DNA of 64,000 nt from Vicinamibacteria bacterium (lineage in GTDB: Bacteria; Acidobacteriota; Vicinamibacteria; Marinacidobacterales; Marinacidobacteraceae), in assembly GCA_963668695.2 (NCBI GenBank), contig CAXXLQ010000004.1, positions 3,552,001-3,616,000 on the forward strand, read 5' to 3'. The translations under genes were made by a program, and so were the position numbers. Below are positions 31,156 through 41,533 of this stretch, one piece after another. The notes under the pieces are model-generated. The model ran no database searches, was not told the origin of the DNA, and was given only the letters and a program-made list of their open reading frames with translations. Positions within the stretch are counted from its first letter, which is position 1; each line of letters opens with the position of its first letter.

Positions 31156-31899
31156 TTAGCGGCTCGTGACCAGAGTCGCGAACTTCTCGCTCTCGAGACG
31201 AGCCGCCAGCGCCCGGGCGGCCTCGCGGCTCTCGAACTGCCCGACCCGGACCCGGAAGATCCCGGCCGGAGTGCCTTCGAGGTACCCCTCGATTCCCCGC
31301 GCCGCGAGCTGTTGCAACATCCGCTCGGCGGCCGACCGGTCGCGGAAGGCCGCAACCTGAATGGTGAACTTCCCACTGCCGGGTCGCGTTGGCCGGTCGG
31401 CCGTGCGTGGCGGCGCCGGGGTGGCGGCGGCGGTACGCGGCGACGGCGAGGCGGCAGCGGCACGCTGCGATGGGGCCGCGAGGGTCCGGCCCGAGAGCTG
31501 TTCCGGACTGGTGGAAGCCGTGCGGGGCGGAGGCCTCTGAGCCTCGGCCGGCCGGGGCGCCGGTGAAGTCGAGGCGGCCGGCGAAGCCGCCCGCCGAACC
31601 GGAGCGCGCTCCGGCGTCCTGGCGGCAGGTTGCTGCTCGGACCGGATGGGGAGGCGAAGCGCGTCTTCCGCGGGCGCCTCGGCGACGGCGACGGCGGGAG
31701 TCCGCGCCGGCGCGGGCACCGGAACCGGGTTTGTGCGACGGGCCATCACCGCGTCCGCCGCACCGGGCGCCATCCCGCGTCCAATGACGATCCCCCCCAC
31801 GAAAACGCCCACTACGATCACGATAAGCAGGCCGAACATCAACACGAGTTGCCGCGTGGTGAACTGGACGTCGTAGTGATCGCTGTCGTGGCCGTTCAT
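31156..31899 (-). CDS. SPOR-domain cell-division protein (FtsN/DedD-like)
   Basis: N-terminal TM, Pro/Ala linker, FTIQVAAF..FRVRVG.F.SR..A. Confidence 0.85.
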   Translation of the reverse strand: MNGHDSDHYDVQFTTRQLVLMFGLLIVIVVGVFVGGIVIGRGMAPGAADAVMARRTNPVPVPAPARTPAVAVAEAPAEDALRLPIRSEQQPAARTPERAPVRRAASPAASTSPAPRPAEAQRPPPRTASTSPEQLSGRTLAAPSQRAAAASPSPRTAAATPAPPRTADRPTRPGSGKFTIQVAAFRDRSAAERMLQQLAARGIEGYLEGTPAGIFRVRVGQFESREAARALAARLESEKFATLVTSR

Positions 31900-32015
31900 C
31901 AGAAATCCCTCCGGGTGGGTGGGGCGCCCAGGCGCCGGAACGGCACCTCCCCGCACCCCCGTGCCGTCACACTAACAGAAGTTACGAGGAATTTCTAAAG
32001 CGATACTTGAGGTTT

Positions 32016-32340
32016 TAACAGCCTGTGGACAAAGTGACGTGAGCGCCGAGAGCAGCGAGGCGCCCCGCTGACAAGGCGCGCGAGGGAGGAGCCCCCACCG
32101 GGAGCACTTGGGCCAGTGACTTTGTCTACAGGCTGCTTAGTAGCCTGTGGTGAAACCCACGTGAGCGCCGAGGCCGGCCAGTTCTCCCGGTGGGGGCGAG
32201 GCGCCCGGCTGACAAGGCGCGTGAGGGAGGAATACCCGGTATATTTCGACCGAAACGCAACGCAGAACACAGCGAAGCGGAGTGGTTCAGCCGGGATGGA
32301 TCGCCGGTTGAACGCCGCGTGGGTTTCGCCACCGGCTGCT
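32016..32340 (+). mobile_element. Two adjacent family A MITEs (one internally deleted)
   Basis: TAACAGCCTGT...ACAGGCTGCTTA followed by TAGCCTGT...CCGGCTGCT. Confidence 0.8.
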
Positions 32341-32382
32341 CACGGCGCGGCTCCGCCAGCGGAGCCGCGCAGCTGCGGCGTG

Positions 32383-33177
32383 TCAGTCCTTGGAGGAATC
32401 CCCGCTACCCGTGGGCGTGGGCGTGGGCGGCTCGAGGAAGGGTCTTATCAGATCGAGCGGGAGGGGAAAGATGATCGTCGAGTTCTTCTCCGAGGCGATT
32501 TCGGTGAGCGTCTGGAGATAGCGGAGCTGGGCGCCCAAGGGGTGCTGACCCACGATTGCGGCGGCCTTGGCGAGCTGCGTCGAGGCCTGGAATTCGCCTT
32601 CCGCGTGGATGACCTTGGCCCGCTTCTCCCGCTCCGCTTCGGCCTGCCGGGCAAGCGCCCGGGTCATGTCGGCGGGCAGGTCCACATGCTTGACCTCAAC
32701 CGAGGCCACCTTGATGCCCCAGGGGTCGGTGCTCTTGTCGAGGATCTCCTGCAACCGGATGTTGAGCTGTTCGCGCTGCGAGAGGAGATCGTCCAGTTCC
32801 ACTTGGCCGAGCACGCTGCGGAGCGTGGTCTGCGCGAGCTGCGAGGTGGCATACAGGTAGTCCTCGACTTCGATGATCGCCCGGATGGGGTCCACCACCC
32901 GGAAGAACAGCACGGCGTTCACCTTCACCGAGACGTTGTCGCGGGTGATGATGTCCTGCGGCGGCACATCGAAGGCCACCAGACGAAGGGTTACCCGCAC
33001 CATCCGATCGATCGGGGAGAAGACCAGAACGAGGCCAGGCCCCTTGGTGGCCTTGAGGAGCTTGCCGAACCGGAAGACGACGGCGCGCTCGTACTCGTTC
33101 AGGACCTTGATCCAGTTGAAGACGAAGATGGCCGCGAATGCGAGGGCGACCAGAGCTCCCAGGGAAAGTCCGAACAT
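32383..33177 (-). CDS. SPFH/slipin (stomatin-like) protein
   Basis: [10 protein letters not shown]; [11 protein letters not shown]; QAEAERE.RAKVI.AEGE. Confidence 0.95.
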   Translation of the reverse strand: MFGLSLGALVALAFAAIFVFNWIKVLNEYERAVVFRFGKLLKATKGPGLVLVFSPIDRMVRVTLRLVAFDVPPQDIITRDNVSVKVNAVLFFRVVDPIRAIIEVEDYLYATSQLAQTTLRSVLGQVELDDLLSQREQLNIRLQEILDKSTDPWGIKVASVEVKHVDLPADMTRALARQAEAEREKRAKVIHAEGEFQASTQLAKAAAIVGQHPLGAQLRYLQTLTEIASEKNSTIIFPLPLDLIRPFLEPPTPTPTGSGDSSKD

Positions 33178-33180
33178 GAT

Positions 33181-34557
33181 TCAGCTCCTTGTTTTGGAGA
33201 CGGCGGAGGGATTCGCGTCACGGGCGCCGTCCGGGCCCGGTGCGGCGGCGGAGCCGACTTGGAGGGTCAACCCCTCCAGGAGGGCGAGGACGCGCACGCG
33301 CTCACCCTCGCTGACCGCGCCGGCGGAGGTGGCATCCCAGAACTCGCCGTGGACGAATACCTTGCCGGCGCCGCCGGGGCTGATGTCGGTGTAGGCGGTG
33401 GCCACCAGACCGATCATGCCCTCCCGGCCGCTTACCGCGGGGCTCCTCTGGGAGCGGAGCACCAACTGGCCCAGGAAGAACACCAGGCCCACGAAAACCA
33501 GGACGGACGGAATGACGAGGCCCCAAGTCAAGTTCAATGCGGGTGTCGGAAGGGATTGCTCTTCGAAGAAAAAGAGGAGTCCAATCGTGAGGGCGACCGC
33601 TCCCGACAACCCCATTATGCCGAATGACGGGGTGAGCGCCTCGGCGGTGAGAAGACCGATCCCGGCGAGGAGCAAGAGCACCCCAAGGAGACTGACCGGC
33701 AGGAAGTTGAGTCCGAAAGCCGCCAGCAGCAGCGCGATGCCTCCCAAAATCCCCGGGATGAGCAGGCCGGGGTTCGAAAATTCGAGGTACAGGCCGAGCA
33801 GGCCGATCATTCCCAGCAGCACGGCCAGATTCGGGTTGGCGATCACCGACAAGGCCCGATCGCGGAAGCTCATTTCGGTCTGCACGACGATCGCGTCGGC
33901 GGTATCGAGCACTACCTCGGAGCCGTCGATCCGGGTCACCGTCCGGCCGTGGATCGCAGCCAGAAACTCCTCGGTGTCGCCAGCCATGAGGTCGATCAGA
34001 CCGGCTTCCAGCGCCTCGGACGCCGTCCAGCTTCGAGCCTCGGTCACCCCCTGCTCGGCAAGCGCGACGTCGCGTCCACGGCGCTCGGCGATCGACCGGA
34101 GGTAGGCGGCGGCGTCGGACTCGACCTTCCGGCTCAGGGTCTCGGGCATCTCGCCGCCGGTCCCGGAAATCGGGGTGGCCGCTCCCATGTTGGTGCCCGG
34201 CGCCATCCCCGAGATGTCGGCGGCCAGGGTGATCAGGTATCCGGCGGATGCGGCCCGGGAGCCGGCCGGACCGACGAAGACGGCCACCGGCACCTCGCTG
34301 TTCAGGATCGCCTCGATGATCTCCCGCATCGAGGTGTCGAGGCCGCCGGGGGTGTCGAGCCGGATCAGTACGAGCCCGGCGCCCGCTTCTTCGGCTGCGG
34401 AAATGGTGGCGACCACCTGACCCGCCGATACCGAATGGATGATGTCCACCACGTCCACCTGATGGACGTCCGGAGCCGCCGCCGAAGCCGCCGGCGCGGC
34501 GCAGACGGCAAGGCACACCCCGACCAGCGAAAGGACGGAGGTCTCGGACGACAGCAC
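33181..34557 (-). CDS. nfeD: NfeD membrane serine protease
   Basis: LDTPGG, AASAG, MAPGTNMGAA.P; C-terminal OB-fold (GKVFVHGE.W). Confidence 0.93.
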   Translation of the reverse strand: MLSSETSVLSLVGVCLAVCAAPAASAAAPDVHQVDVVDIIHSVSAGQVVATISAAEEAGAGLVLIRLDTPGGLDTSMREIIEAILNSEVPVAVFVGPAGSRAASAGYLITLAADISGMAPGTNMGAATPISGTGGEMPETLSRKVESDAAAYLRSIAERRGRDVALAEQGVTEARSWTASEALEAGLIDLMAGDTEEFLAAIHGRTVTRIDGSEVVLDTADAIVVQTEMSFRDRALSVIANPNLAVLLGMIGLLGLYLEFSNPGLLIPGILGGIALLLAAFGLNFLPVSLLGVLLLLAGIGLLTAEALTPSFGIMGLSGAVALTIGLLFFFEEQSLPTPALNLTWGLVIPSVLVFVGLVFFLGQLVLRSQRSPAVSGREGMIGLVATAYTDISPGGAGKVFVHGEFWDATSAGAVSEGERVRVLALLEGLTLQVGSAAAPGPDGARDANPSAVSKTRS

Positions 34558-34559
34558 TC

Positions 34560-35036
34560 TCAGGAGGCTTTCCGCTCGTGAATGGTGCGGAGTTCTCGGA
34601 TCCCGAGCTCCCGCTCCCCCGCCGGCGTGTGGACGTTCACCTCATCTCCCACCCGGGCTCCCATGAGCGCCCTGCCGATCGGAGATCCGGTGGACACCTT
34701 GCCGACCGCGGGTTCCGCTTCCTCGCTGACCACAAGTTCGTACCGGGACTCCTCTTCGGTGTCCAGATCCACCACCACGACCTCACTGCCGAGCGACACG
34801 CGATCCGCCGGAATGTTGTCCAGGCTCACCATGGACAGAACCGCGAGACGTCGCTTGAGTTGCGCGAGACGGACGGCCACGAAGGCTTGGCGGTCCTTCG
34901 CGGCTTCGTACTCCGCGTTTTCGGAAAGGTCGCCGTGCTCGCGAGCTTCCTTGATCTGTTTGGGAAGGTGCAGATGCAGTTCTTGCTCGAGTTCCCGCAC
35001 TTCGGCCTCAATGCGGACGCGGAACGCAAGAGTCAC
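34560..35036 (-). CDS. greA: Transcription elongation factor GreA
   Basis: AREHGDLSENAEY; S..SPIGRALMG...GD.V; start uncertain. Confidence 0.93.
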   Translation of the reverse strand: MTLAFRVRIEAEVRELEQELHLHLPKQIKEAREHGDLSENAEYEAAKDRQAFVAVRLAQLKRRLAVLSMVSLDNIPADRVSLGSEVVVVDLDTEEESRYELVVSEEAEPAVGKVSTGSPIGRALMGARVGDEVNVHTPAGERELGIRELRTIHERKAS

Positions 35037-35226
35037 TGTTGCTGAAAGCCTTTCTGGAACGAAACCAAACCGATTCAGAATAGCACCGTCGGCACCCCGT
35101 TCGTGCGGCGGAGGGCCGCCGGAAGGAGTCCGGGACATCCGGGCGAGCCGCCGCTCTTGCGGCGGGCATGGCCAGCGGGCATGATCCCCACTCCGAAATC
35201 AATGGTGCAGCCGAGGGAGGTTCTCC

Positions 35227-35880
35227 ATGCGACACATTTCTAGCCGCCACTCGACCAGGCGGTTGCCACGGTGGCTGTCCGGCGCTCTGGCCCTCGGGCT
35301 CGGCGCGGGGTTGGCAACGGTCGCGGGAACGCCTGAGGCCGTGGCGCAGGACGTCTCACTCAGGGTGGGAGACAAGGCTCCCATGTTCCCGAATCCGCTG
35401 CCCTCGACCGCGGGCGAATCGGCCGGCGCGGTGAAGCTCGATCTGCAGGCCGCACTGGGAAAGAAGAACATCGTCCTGGCGTTCTACGTGGCCGACTGGA
35501 CTGGTGGTTGAACGCTTCAGTTTTCGTCCTACAAGGACGACATCCAGAAGTTTCTGGATGCAGAAACCCAAGTCTTCGGAATCAGCGTCGATACGCCGTA
35601 CTCCCAGTGGAATTGGCTGCAAAGCGTCGGCAAGGACTCCGGCATGATGGTGGAAGCGGCGGCTTCGGGCGAGCTGCCGGGATTGGTCCTGCTCTCGGAT
35701 CGCCAGTCGGAAGTGGTGGGCGCCTACGGAGTGAAGCCACTCGAGATCAACGGGGCGACCTACGCCTCCCGCGCGACCTTCGTGATCGATCGCGAGGGCG
35801 TGCTCCGCTACGCCAACTACGACTACCAGATCCGTGACGACTACGAGCCGCTGATGGAAGTCCTGGCCGGACTCGAGTAG
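35227..35880 (+). CDS. Peroxiredoxin/AhpC-TSA protein with in-frame TGA (probable selenocysteine) at 35509-35511
   Basis: LRVGDKAP..LAFYVADWTGG-TGA-TLQF..GISVDT..LLSD....V..YGV..RATFVID..G: one frame to TAG at 35880. Confidence 0.85.
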
Positions 35881-35917
35881 CGAATCATCCGTATCCGCAA
35901 ACCCGCATAGCCGCGCC

Positions 35918-36649
35918 GTGTCGACTGCGCCCGCGGCCCTCGTGGTCGCCATGAGACACGGCCCCGCCAACGCTCTCGATCCAGCGCTGGTTGCGAGTCT
36001 GGGCGCGAGTCTGGATGAAGCGGAACGGAGCGGCCGGCCGCTGGTGCTGACCGGCAACGGCCGTTTCTTTTCGGCCGGGCTCGACCTCGCGGGGCTCCCC
36101 AGGGAAAGGGAGGAGATGGGCGGGTTCGTCGACGCGTTCGACGACCTGATGCGGCGGCTCTTCCTTTTCGCCTGCCCTACGGTTGCCGCGGTGAACGGTC
36201 ACGCGGTGGCGGGAGGCGCCATTCTGGCGGCCGCCTGCGATGTTCGGATAGGAGCCGTCGGCAGCTACCGCGTCGGAGTCTCGGAGGTACAGCTCGGGGT
36301 CATCTTCCCGGCGGCCGCCTTCGAAGTGCTTCGCGCGGCCATTCCAGCGGCGCGGACCGCCGAAGTCCTGCTGCGCGGCCGGCTCACCGGTCCCGAGGAC
36401 GCCGTCACGAACGGGTTCCTGCACGAACTCGGGTCAGCGGAGGCCCTCCTGGAGCGGGCGGTGGAACGGGCTGAGGAGCTGGGCGCGCTGCCGCGAGAGG
36501 CCTACGCGCACACGAAACGCGAACTTCGCGCGGAATTCGCCGACCGGGCGGCGCGGGAGCGCGCGCCCAAACGGGAGCGGTTTCTGGACACCTGGTTCTC
36601 CGAGGAGTCGGTGGGGCGGCGCGCCGCGATCCTGAAGAAAGGTCGGTAA
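35918..36649 (+). CDS. Enoyl-CoA hydratase/isomerase
   Basis: NAL, FSAGLDL, AAVNGHAVAGG, EV.LG. Confidence 0.9.
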   Translation: MSTAPAALVVAMRHGPANALDPALVASLGASLDEAERSGRPLVLTGNGRFFSAGLDLAGLPREREEMGGFVDAFDDLMRRLFLFACPTVAAVNGHAVAGGAILAAACDVRIGAVGSYRVGVSEVQLGVIFPAAAFEVLRAAIPAARTAEVLLRGRLTGPEDAVTNGFLHELGSAEALLERAVERAEELGALPREAYAHTKRELRAEFADRAARERAPKRERFLDTWFSEESVGRRAAILKKGR

Positions 36650-36672
36650 CGGAAGCGCGGACCGGGCTAGCC

Positions 36673-38130
36673 CCGATACTGTTCACTTAGTGTATTTGGT
36701 TCGTTATGCTTGCCCCCGGCTCGGCCGGGAGGTTGCCTATGGCGAGAACGGTTGCGGAGCTTCCGAAAGGGAGCCGGATCACCGACTACATCAGCCTCGG
36801 GGTGCTGAACGAGCGGATCCCGCGGGCGGCAGTGGACGAGGCGCTGCGGGCTACGGGGCGGCAGAGTGCCCGTCAGCGGGACCTGCCGGCGCACGTGGTG
36901 GTGTATTACGTGATCGCCTTGGCGCTGTACATGCAGTCGTCGTATCGAGAGGTTCTGCGGTGCCTGGTGGAAGGGCTGCGGTGGCTGGGCGATCCGTCAG
37001 CACGCCCACGGGTGGCGGGGAAGTCGGGGATTTCGCAGGCGCGCAAGAGGCTGGGCGCCGAACCGCTGCAAGCCCTGCATGACGCCGTGGTGCGGCCGGT
37101 GGGGCAGCCGTCGGAACCGGGATGCGGCTATCGGCAGTGGCACGTGGTCAGCGTGGACGGCAGCACTTTGGATGTCGCGGACGAGTCTCCCAACGCGGCG
37201 GCCTTCGGACGCCCCGGCGCGAGTCGCGGCGCCAGTGCCTTCCCCCAGATCCGATTCGTGTCGTTGGTCGAGAACGGAACCCATGTTCTGTTTGCGAGCC
37301 GCATGGCGGGTTGCAACGTGAGCGAACAGCGCCTGGTCGAGGACGTGATGCCCTCCTTGAAGGCGGGCATGTTGTGTCTGGCGGACCGCAACTTCTTCAG
37401 CTACGACCGGTGGAATCAGGCCCGCACCGCGGGGGCGGATCTGTTGTGGCGCATCAAGAAGAACCTGCGCCTGCCACGGGAAACCCCGTTGGGCGACGGC
37501 TCCTATGTGAGCCGGATCTACGCCTCCGACAAAGACCGACGCCACGGGCGAGACGCGGTTCGGGTGCGGGTGATCGACTATCAACTGTCCGGCGTGGGCG
37601 ACGCCGAACCGCTGTACCGGCTGCTGACCACGGTGCTGGATGCGGATCGCGCCCCGGCCCCGGAACTCGCCACCCTCTACCACGAGCGCTGGGAGATCGA
37701 AACCGCGCTGGACGAACTCAAGACCCACCTCCGAGGCCCCCGGATCGTCCTCCGCAGCAAAACTCCCGAACTCGTCCGCCAGGAGTTCTGGGGCCTGATG
37801 TTGGCCCACTTCGCCATCCGCTCCCTCATGCACGACGCCGCCCGGCAGAGCGGAGACGACCCAGACCGACTCTCCTACCTCCATGCGGTTCGTGCGATCC
37901 GTCGCAACATCATCACCCACAGCGCCATTCCCCCCTCAGCGTCAGGACAGCCGCCGCCAACATCTCCTTGACGAACTCCTCGACGAACGGGTGGTGTCCC
38001 GTCGCAACCGGTGCACGCCCCGCGGTGGCAAGCGCAAGATGAGCGGTTATCCGCTGCGCCCCAGGCACGCTCCCTCCTGCCGCATGGACGGCCCGCCAAC
38101 CGTCCGAATCGTCTAAGTGAACAGTATTGG
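36673..38130 (+). mobile_element. IS4-family insertion sequence
   Basis: TIRs CC(G/A)ATACTGTTCACTTAG; 8-bp palindromic TSD GGCTAGCC at 36665-36672 and 38131-38138. Confidence 0.9.
36739..37971 (+). CDS. IS4-family transposase
   Basis: VDGS, LADRNF, Y.ERW.IE...DELK (YREK); overlapping second frame 37883-38116. Confidence 0.93.
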   Translation: MARTVAELPKGSRITDYISLGVLNERIPRAAVDEALRATGRQSARQRDLPAHVVVYYVIALALYMQSSYREVLRCLVEGLRWLGDPSARPRVAGKSGISQARKRLGAEPLQALHDAVVRPVGQPSEPGCGYRQWHVVSVDGSTLDVADESPNAAAFGRPGASRGASAFPQIRFVSLVENGTHVLFASRMAGCNVSEQRLVEDVMPSLKAGMLCLADRNFFSYDRWNQARTAGADLLWRIKKNLRLPRETPLGDGSYVSRIYASDKDRRHGRDAVRVRVIDYQLSGVGDAEPLYRLLTTVLDADRAPAPELATLYHERWEIETALDELKTHLRGPRIVLRSKTPELVRQEFWGLMLAHFAIRSLMHDAARQSGDDPDRLSYLHAVRAIRRNIITHSAIPPSASGQPPPTSP

Positions 38131-38299
38131 GGCTAGCCGCCGGCGGCGCGCAGCGCCAGCGGGCTGGCTGGGGTGGGCGGCCCGGCCTTCCCGGCTAGGT
38201 GAGGGTGGTTGGGATCACGCGCTTCCGCTGTCGCTAGCCGTGAGGGTGGGTAGCGAGGCTTTCGCTCCCCTGGGGCGCACTCTTCAACAGTTCGCGTAG

Positions 38300-38400
38300 C
38301 CCTGAGCGAGCGAAGACTGACGGCAGCGAACTCTGTTCGCTGCCCGCGTGACCGGGGGGAAAGTGTGAAAGGGGGGCCTCCCGCCCCCCTTTCACAAAGG
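38300..38400 (+). repeat. Repeat family B (GTTCGCTGCCCGCGTGA.CGGGGGGAAAG.GTGAAAGGGG..CCCCTTTCAC)
   Basis: Other copies at ~39700-39760, 39820-39899 plus 41249-41270 (split by IS), and 62241-62345 (reverse). Confidence 0.75.
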
Positions 38401-38535
38401 GCCGCCGTGCGCCGGAGGCGCACAAGGGAGTTTCGATGCGCGGCGCGAAGCGCCGGGCGGTTCGGAAGGGGGGCGCACCTACCGACGAATCTAAGTTCGC
38501 AGGGCGCCCAGCCAAATGCCCCCCTTCCGGACCGC

Positions 38536-39369
38536 CTAGTTCGTCGCGTGCGAAGCGATCGCGGCCCGGATCGCCTTCACCGTCACTTCCGAGCGGTAGC
38601 GGAAGAGTCGGCGTCCCCACGCCTTGGTCTCGTCCAAGGGGTCAATGTCCACACCGTTGATGGAGAAGAGACCGGCCTGACGGCGCTCGGAAGTGCGGAC
38701 CGAGTTCTGATCCACGGTCGCCATCATCGAGGTGATCGCGTAGTCGTCGTGAATTCCCTCGGGCGTCTGTTCCACGCCGTGCTCGGAAAGCCAGGTCTGG
38801 AGCCCCTGGTAGTCGTAGTACTCGGGGATGAAATGGACGCCTGGACTGTTGTTCCACTCGGCGGTGAACTCTTCGGCGACCGCCTTCATGCCGGCCTGGT
38901 TGCCGCCACTGTCCCCGATCAGGACGATGTGCTGGAAACCGCTGGTCTTGAGGCTCCGGCAGACATCCCGCACCACGGCCTGGAACGTCTCCTGGCTGAG
39001 ACCTACGGTCCCCGGATAGCGCATGTGACCCGTGGGCGGGTCGAAGTCGCCTTCCGGCACCAGTTTCAGAATCGGGGCCACGAGTGCGTTCCCGAGATCC
39101 CTGGCGATCGCTTCGGTGACACCGCGGAGCAGCACGTTGTGCTTGCCGGTGACCAGATAGGGTCCGTTCTGCTCGACGCCGCCGCTCGCGACGATGGCGG
39201 TGTCCTTGCCATCCGCAATCAGGTCGCGCACTTCCATCCAGGTGAGATCCTCGATGAAGACGCTGTCCCGGATCGGAATCGGGCGCGGTTTGTCGGGCGC
39301 CGGATTCTGGGCGAATCCCAGAATCGGCATCGCCACGGAAAGGACGAGTGCGGTGAGAAGGGTGCGCAT
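38536..39369 (-). CDS. Secreted creatininase-family amidohydrolase, copy 2
   Basis: IEDLTW.EV, GG.EQNGP, PGTV, GDSGGN; signal peptide. Confidence 0.85.
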   Translation of the reverse strand: MRTLLTALVLSVAMPILGFAQNPAPDKPRPIPIRDSVFIEDLTWMEVRDLIADGKDTAIVASGGVEQNGPYLVTGKHNVLLRGVTEAIARDLGNALVAPILKLVPEGDFDPPTGHMRYPGTVGLSQETFQAVVRDVCRSLKTSGFQHIVLIGDSGGNQAGMKAVAEEFTAEWNNSPGVHFIPEYYDYQGLQTWLSEHGVEQTPEGIHDDYAITSMMATVDQNSVRTSERRQAGLFSINGVDIDPLDETKAWGRRLFRYRSEVTVKAIRAAIASHATN

Positions 39370-39408
39370 GACTTGAAATCTCCTTCGGTTGTGCGTCGGA
39401 GTGAACGC

Positions 39409-39495
39409 TCAGACGCTCAGCCCCGGAGTGATGACCTTATCGCGATAGTTCTCTCCCGGCATCCGGACGAAGCGGCAGACCTCGCGAAGCAGCCA
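39409..39495 (-). pseudogene. Duplicated 3' stub of the DnaC-like gene
   Basis: LLREVCRFVRMPGENYRDKVITPG versus LLREACRFVQMRGEDYRDKVITPG at 42406. Confidence 0.75.
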
Positions 39496-39899
39496 CCCGC
39501 CCGCCGGTGAGGAGCGGGTCGTTCCAGCCCCCTTCGTCTCCCTCAGGAGACGCGGCAGATGCTCGAAAACGCGCCGGGCCACCATCCTGGCGCGTCCGAA
39601 AGAGAAGCGCGGGTAACGGGACCGCGGGGGTGAAGACCGGCGCTCCCGTGCAGGCGGCGCATACCTGGCCGGGCCAAAGAAATGACGGCGAACCGAAGGT
39701 TCGCCGTCTGCGTGGCCGGGGGGAAAGTGTGAAGGCGGGGCCTGCCCCCCTTTCACAAAGGAAGGCAACTACAAATCGGAACTCGCCGAAACGCACGCAC
39801 CACCGCGGATGTCGACCCCCTGAGCAAGCGAAAGCAATGGCAGCGAACTTGTTCGCTGCCCGCGTGATCGGGGGGAAAGCGTGAAAGGGGGCTCGCCCC

Positions 39900-41248
39900 C
39901 ATAGGCGCTAACTTGTTTTCTGATAGCACCGGATGCTTCCGAGTGTTCCGCATACTGCGGGGAGGAACACCGGGATGCCCGAGGACTGGGAGCTGCTGAA
40001 GTCGTTTCTTCCGGGGAACTGGCGGGAGTTGGCGCGGGAGACAGGCGCTTTGAAGGGTCTGCGGAAGGACAAGTCGGAGGAGAACCTTCTGCGGGTGCTG
40101 CTGATCCATCTGGGATGCGGGCACTCGTTGCGGGAGACGGTTGTGCGAGCGAAGAAGGCGGGGTTGGCGGAGCTGTCCGATGTGGCGCTGCTGAAGCGGC
40201 TGAAGAAGTCTCGGGATTGGTTGCGGGCGATGTGCCTGGAGTTGTTCCGAGACGAGGGGGTGATCGGGACGGAGGGCTTTGAGTTTCGGGTGATGGACGC
40301 GACGACGGTGCGGGAACCGGGGAAGTCGGGGTCGCTGTGGAGGATCCACTACAGCGTGCGGTTGCCGTCGCTGGCCTGCGATTCAAGGTGACCGGGACGG
40401 AGGGGGCGGGCAGCGGGGAATCGCTGACGCAGTTTCCGATCCGGGCGGGGGATCATGTGCTGGCGGACCGGGGGTACTCGCGGGCGCCGGGCATCGTTCA
40501 CGTGGCCTCGTCGGGTGGCGAGGTCACGGTGCGCGTGAACCCGCAGGCACTGGCGCTGTGGACGCGGGACGGGGAGCGTTTGCGGCTGCTGGAGACGGTG
40601 AGTTCGCTGCGGCGCCTTGGGAAGGCCGGATCTTGGCCGGCGCGGGTGGTGGCAGCGGATGGCGCGACGGCGACGGGCCGGATCTGTGCGGTGCGCAAGA
40701 GCCGGGCCGCGATTCGGGCGGCGCAGGAAAAGATCCGCCACGACGCCAGTCGGAAGGGGACCGAGATCAAGCCCCGGACGCTGGAGTTCGCCAAGTTCAT
40801 CATCGTGTTCACCACCTTCCCCGAAGACACGTTCTCCGCCGAGGAGGTGTTGGAGTGCTATCGGCTGCGTTGGCAGGTGGAACTCGTCTTCAAGCGGTTC
40901 AAATCCCTGGCCCAACTGGGCCACCTGCCCAAATACGACGACGACAGCGCCCGAGCCTGGCTCTACGGCAAGCTGCTCTTGGCGCTGCTTGTCGAAAAGC
41001 TGATCCGCCATGCCGCGTCCGTTTCCCCCTGGGGATACGACCTCCCGATGGTCCCGGCGGCACAGCACCTGGCGTGACTTCCACTTCGCGTGGAACCAGC
41101 TTGCCAGGACGATGGAACCTCCACTCCCTTTGTCCCGGATGGTCCGTGACTGGAAAGCCATTTCAACGGCGTTGGCCGAGCCAACTCGTCGGCGGCGCTA
41201 TCAGCTCACCTCCTATTTTGACTAGATCCATACAAGTTAGCGCCTATG
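39900..41248 (+). mobile_element. IS4-family insertion sequence inserted in a family B hairpin
   Basis: 17-bp TIR CATAGGCGCTAACTTGT; 11-bp TSD GGGCTCGCCCC at 39889-39899 and 41249-41259. Confidence 0.9.
39975..41077 (+). pseudogene. IS4-family transposase, frameshifted near 40382
   Basis: DATTV, LADRGYS and YRLRWQVEL.FK.FKS split over two frames. Confidence 0.85.
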
Positions 41249-41533
41249 GGGCTCGCCCCCCTTTCACAATCAGTAACGACCAATCGGAACTTGCCGCAGC
41301 CCGCCGCAGGCGGGCAAGGAAGTTTCGATTGCCGGCGCGGAGCGCCGGGCGGTTCCCGGACGGGGCCCGAACGCAATCGAAGACCACGGTACCAACTCGA
41401 AGGCACCCGTGGCTCCGTCCGGGGAACGCTCGACCCCTGGGCGCGAAGCGCCGGGCGGTTTGGAAGGGGGGCGCGCCTACCGACGAATCAACGTTCGCAG
41501 CGCGCCCAGCCAAACGCCCCCCTTCCGGACCGC

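Noticed and set aside
37883-38116. Separate gene at the IS4 3' end
   Set aside because: An overlapping out-of-frame C-terminal segment within the IS boundaries; treated as part of the element.
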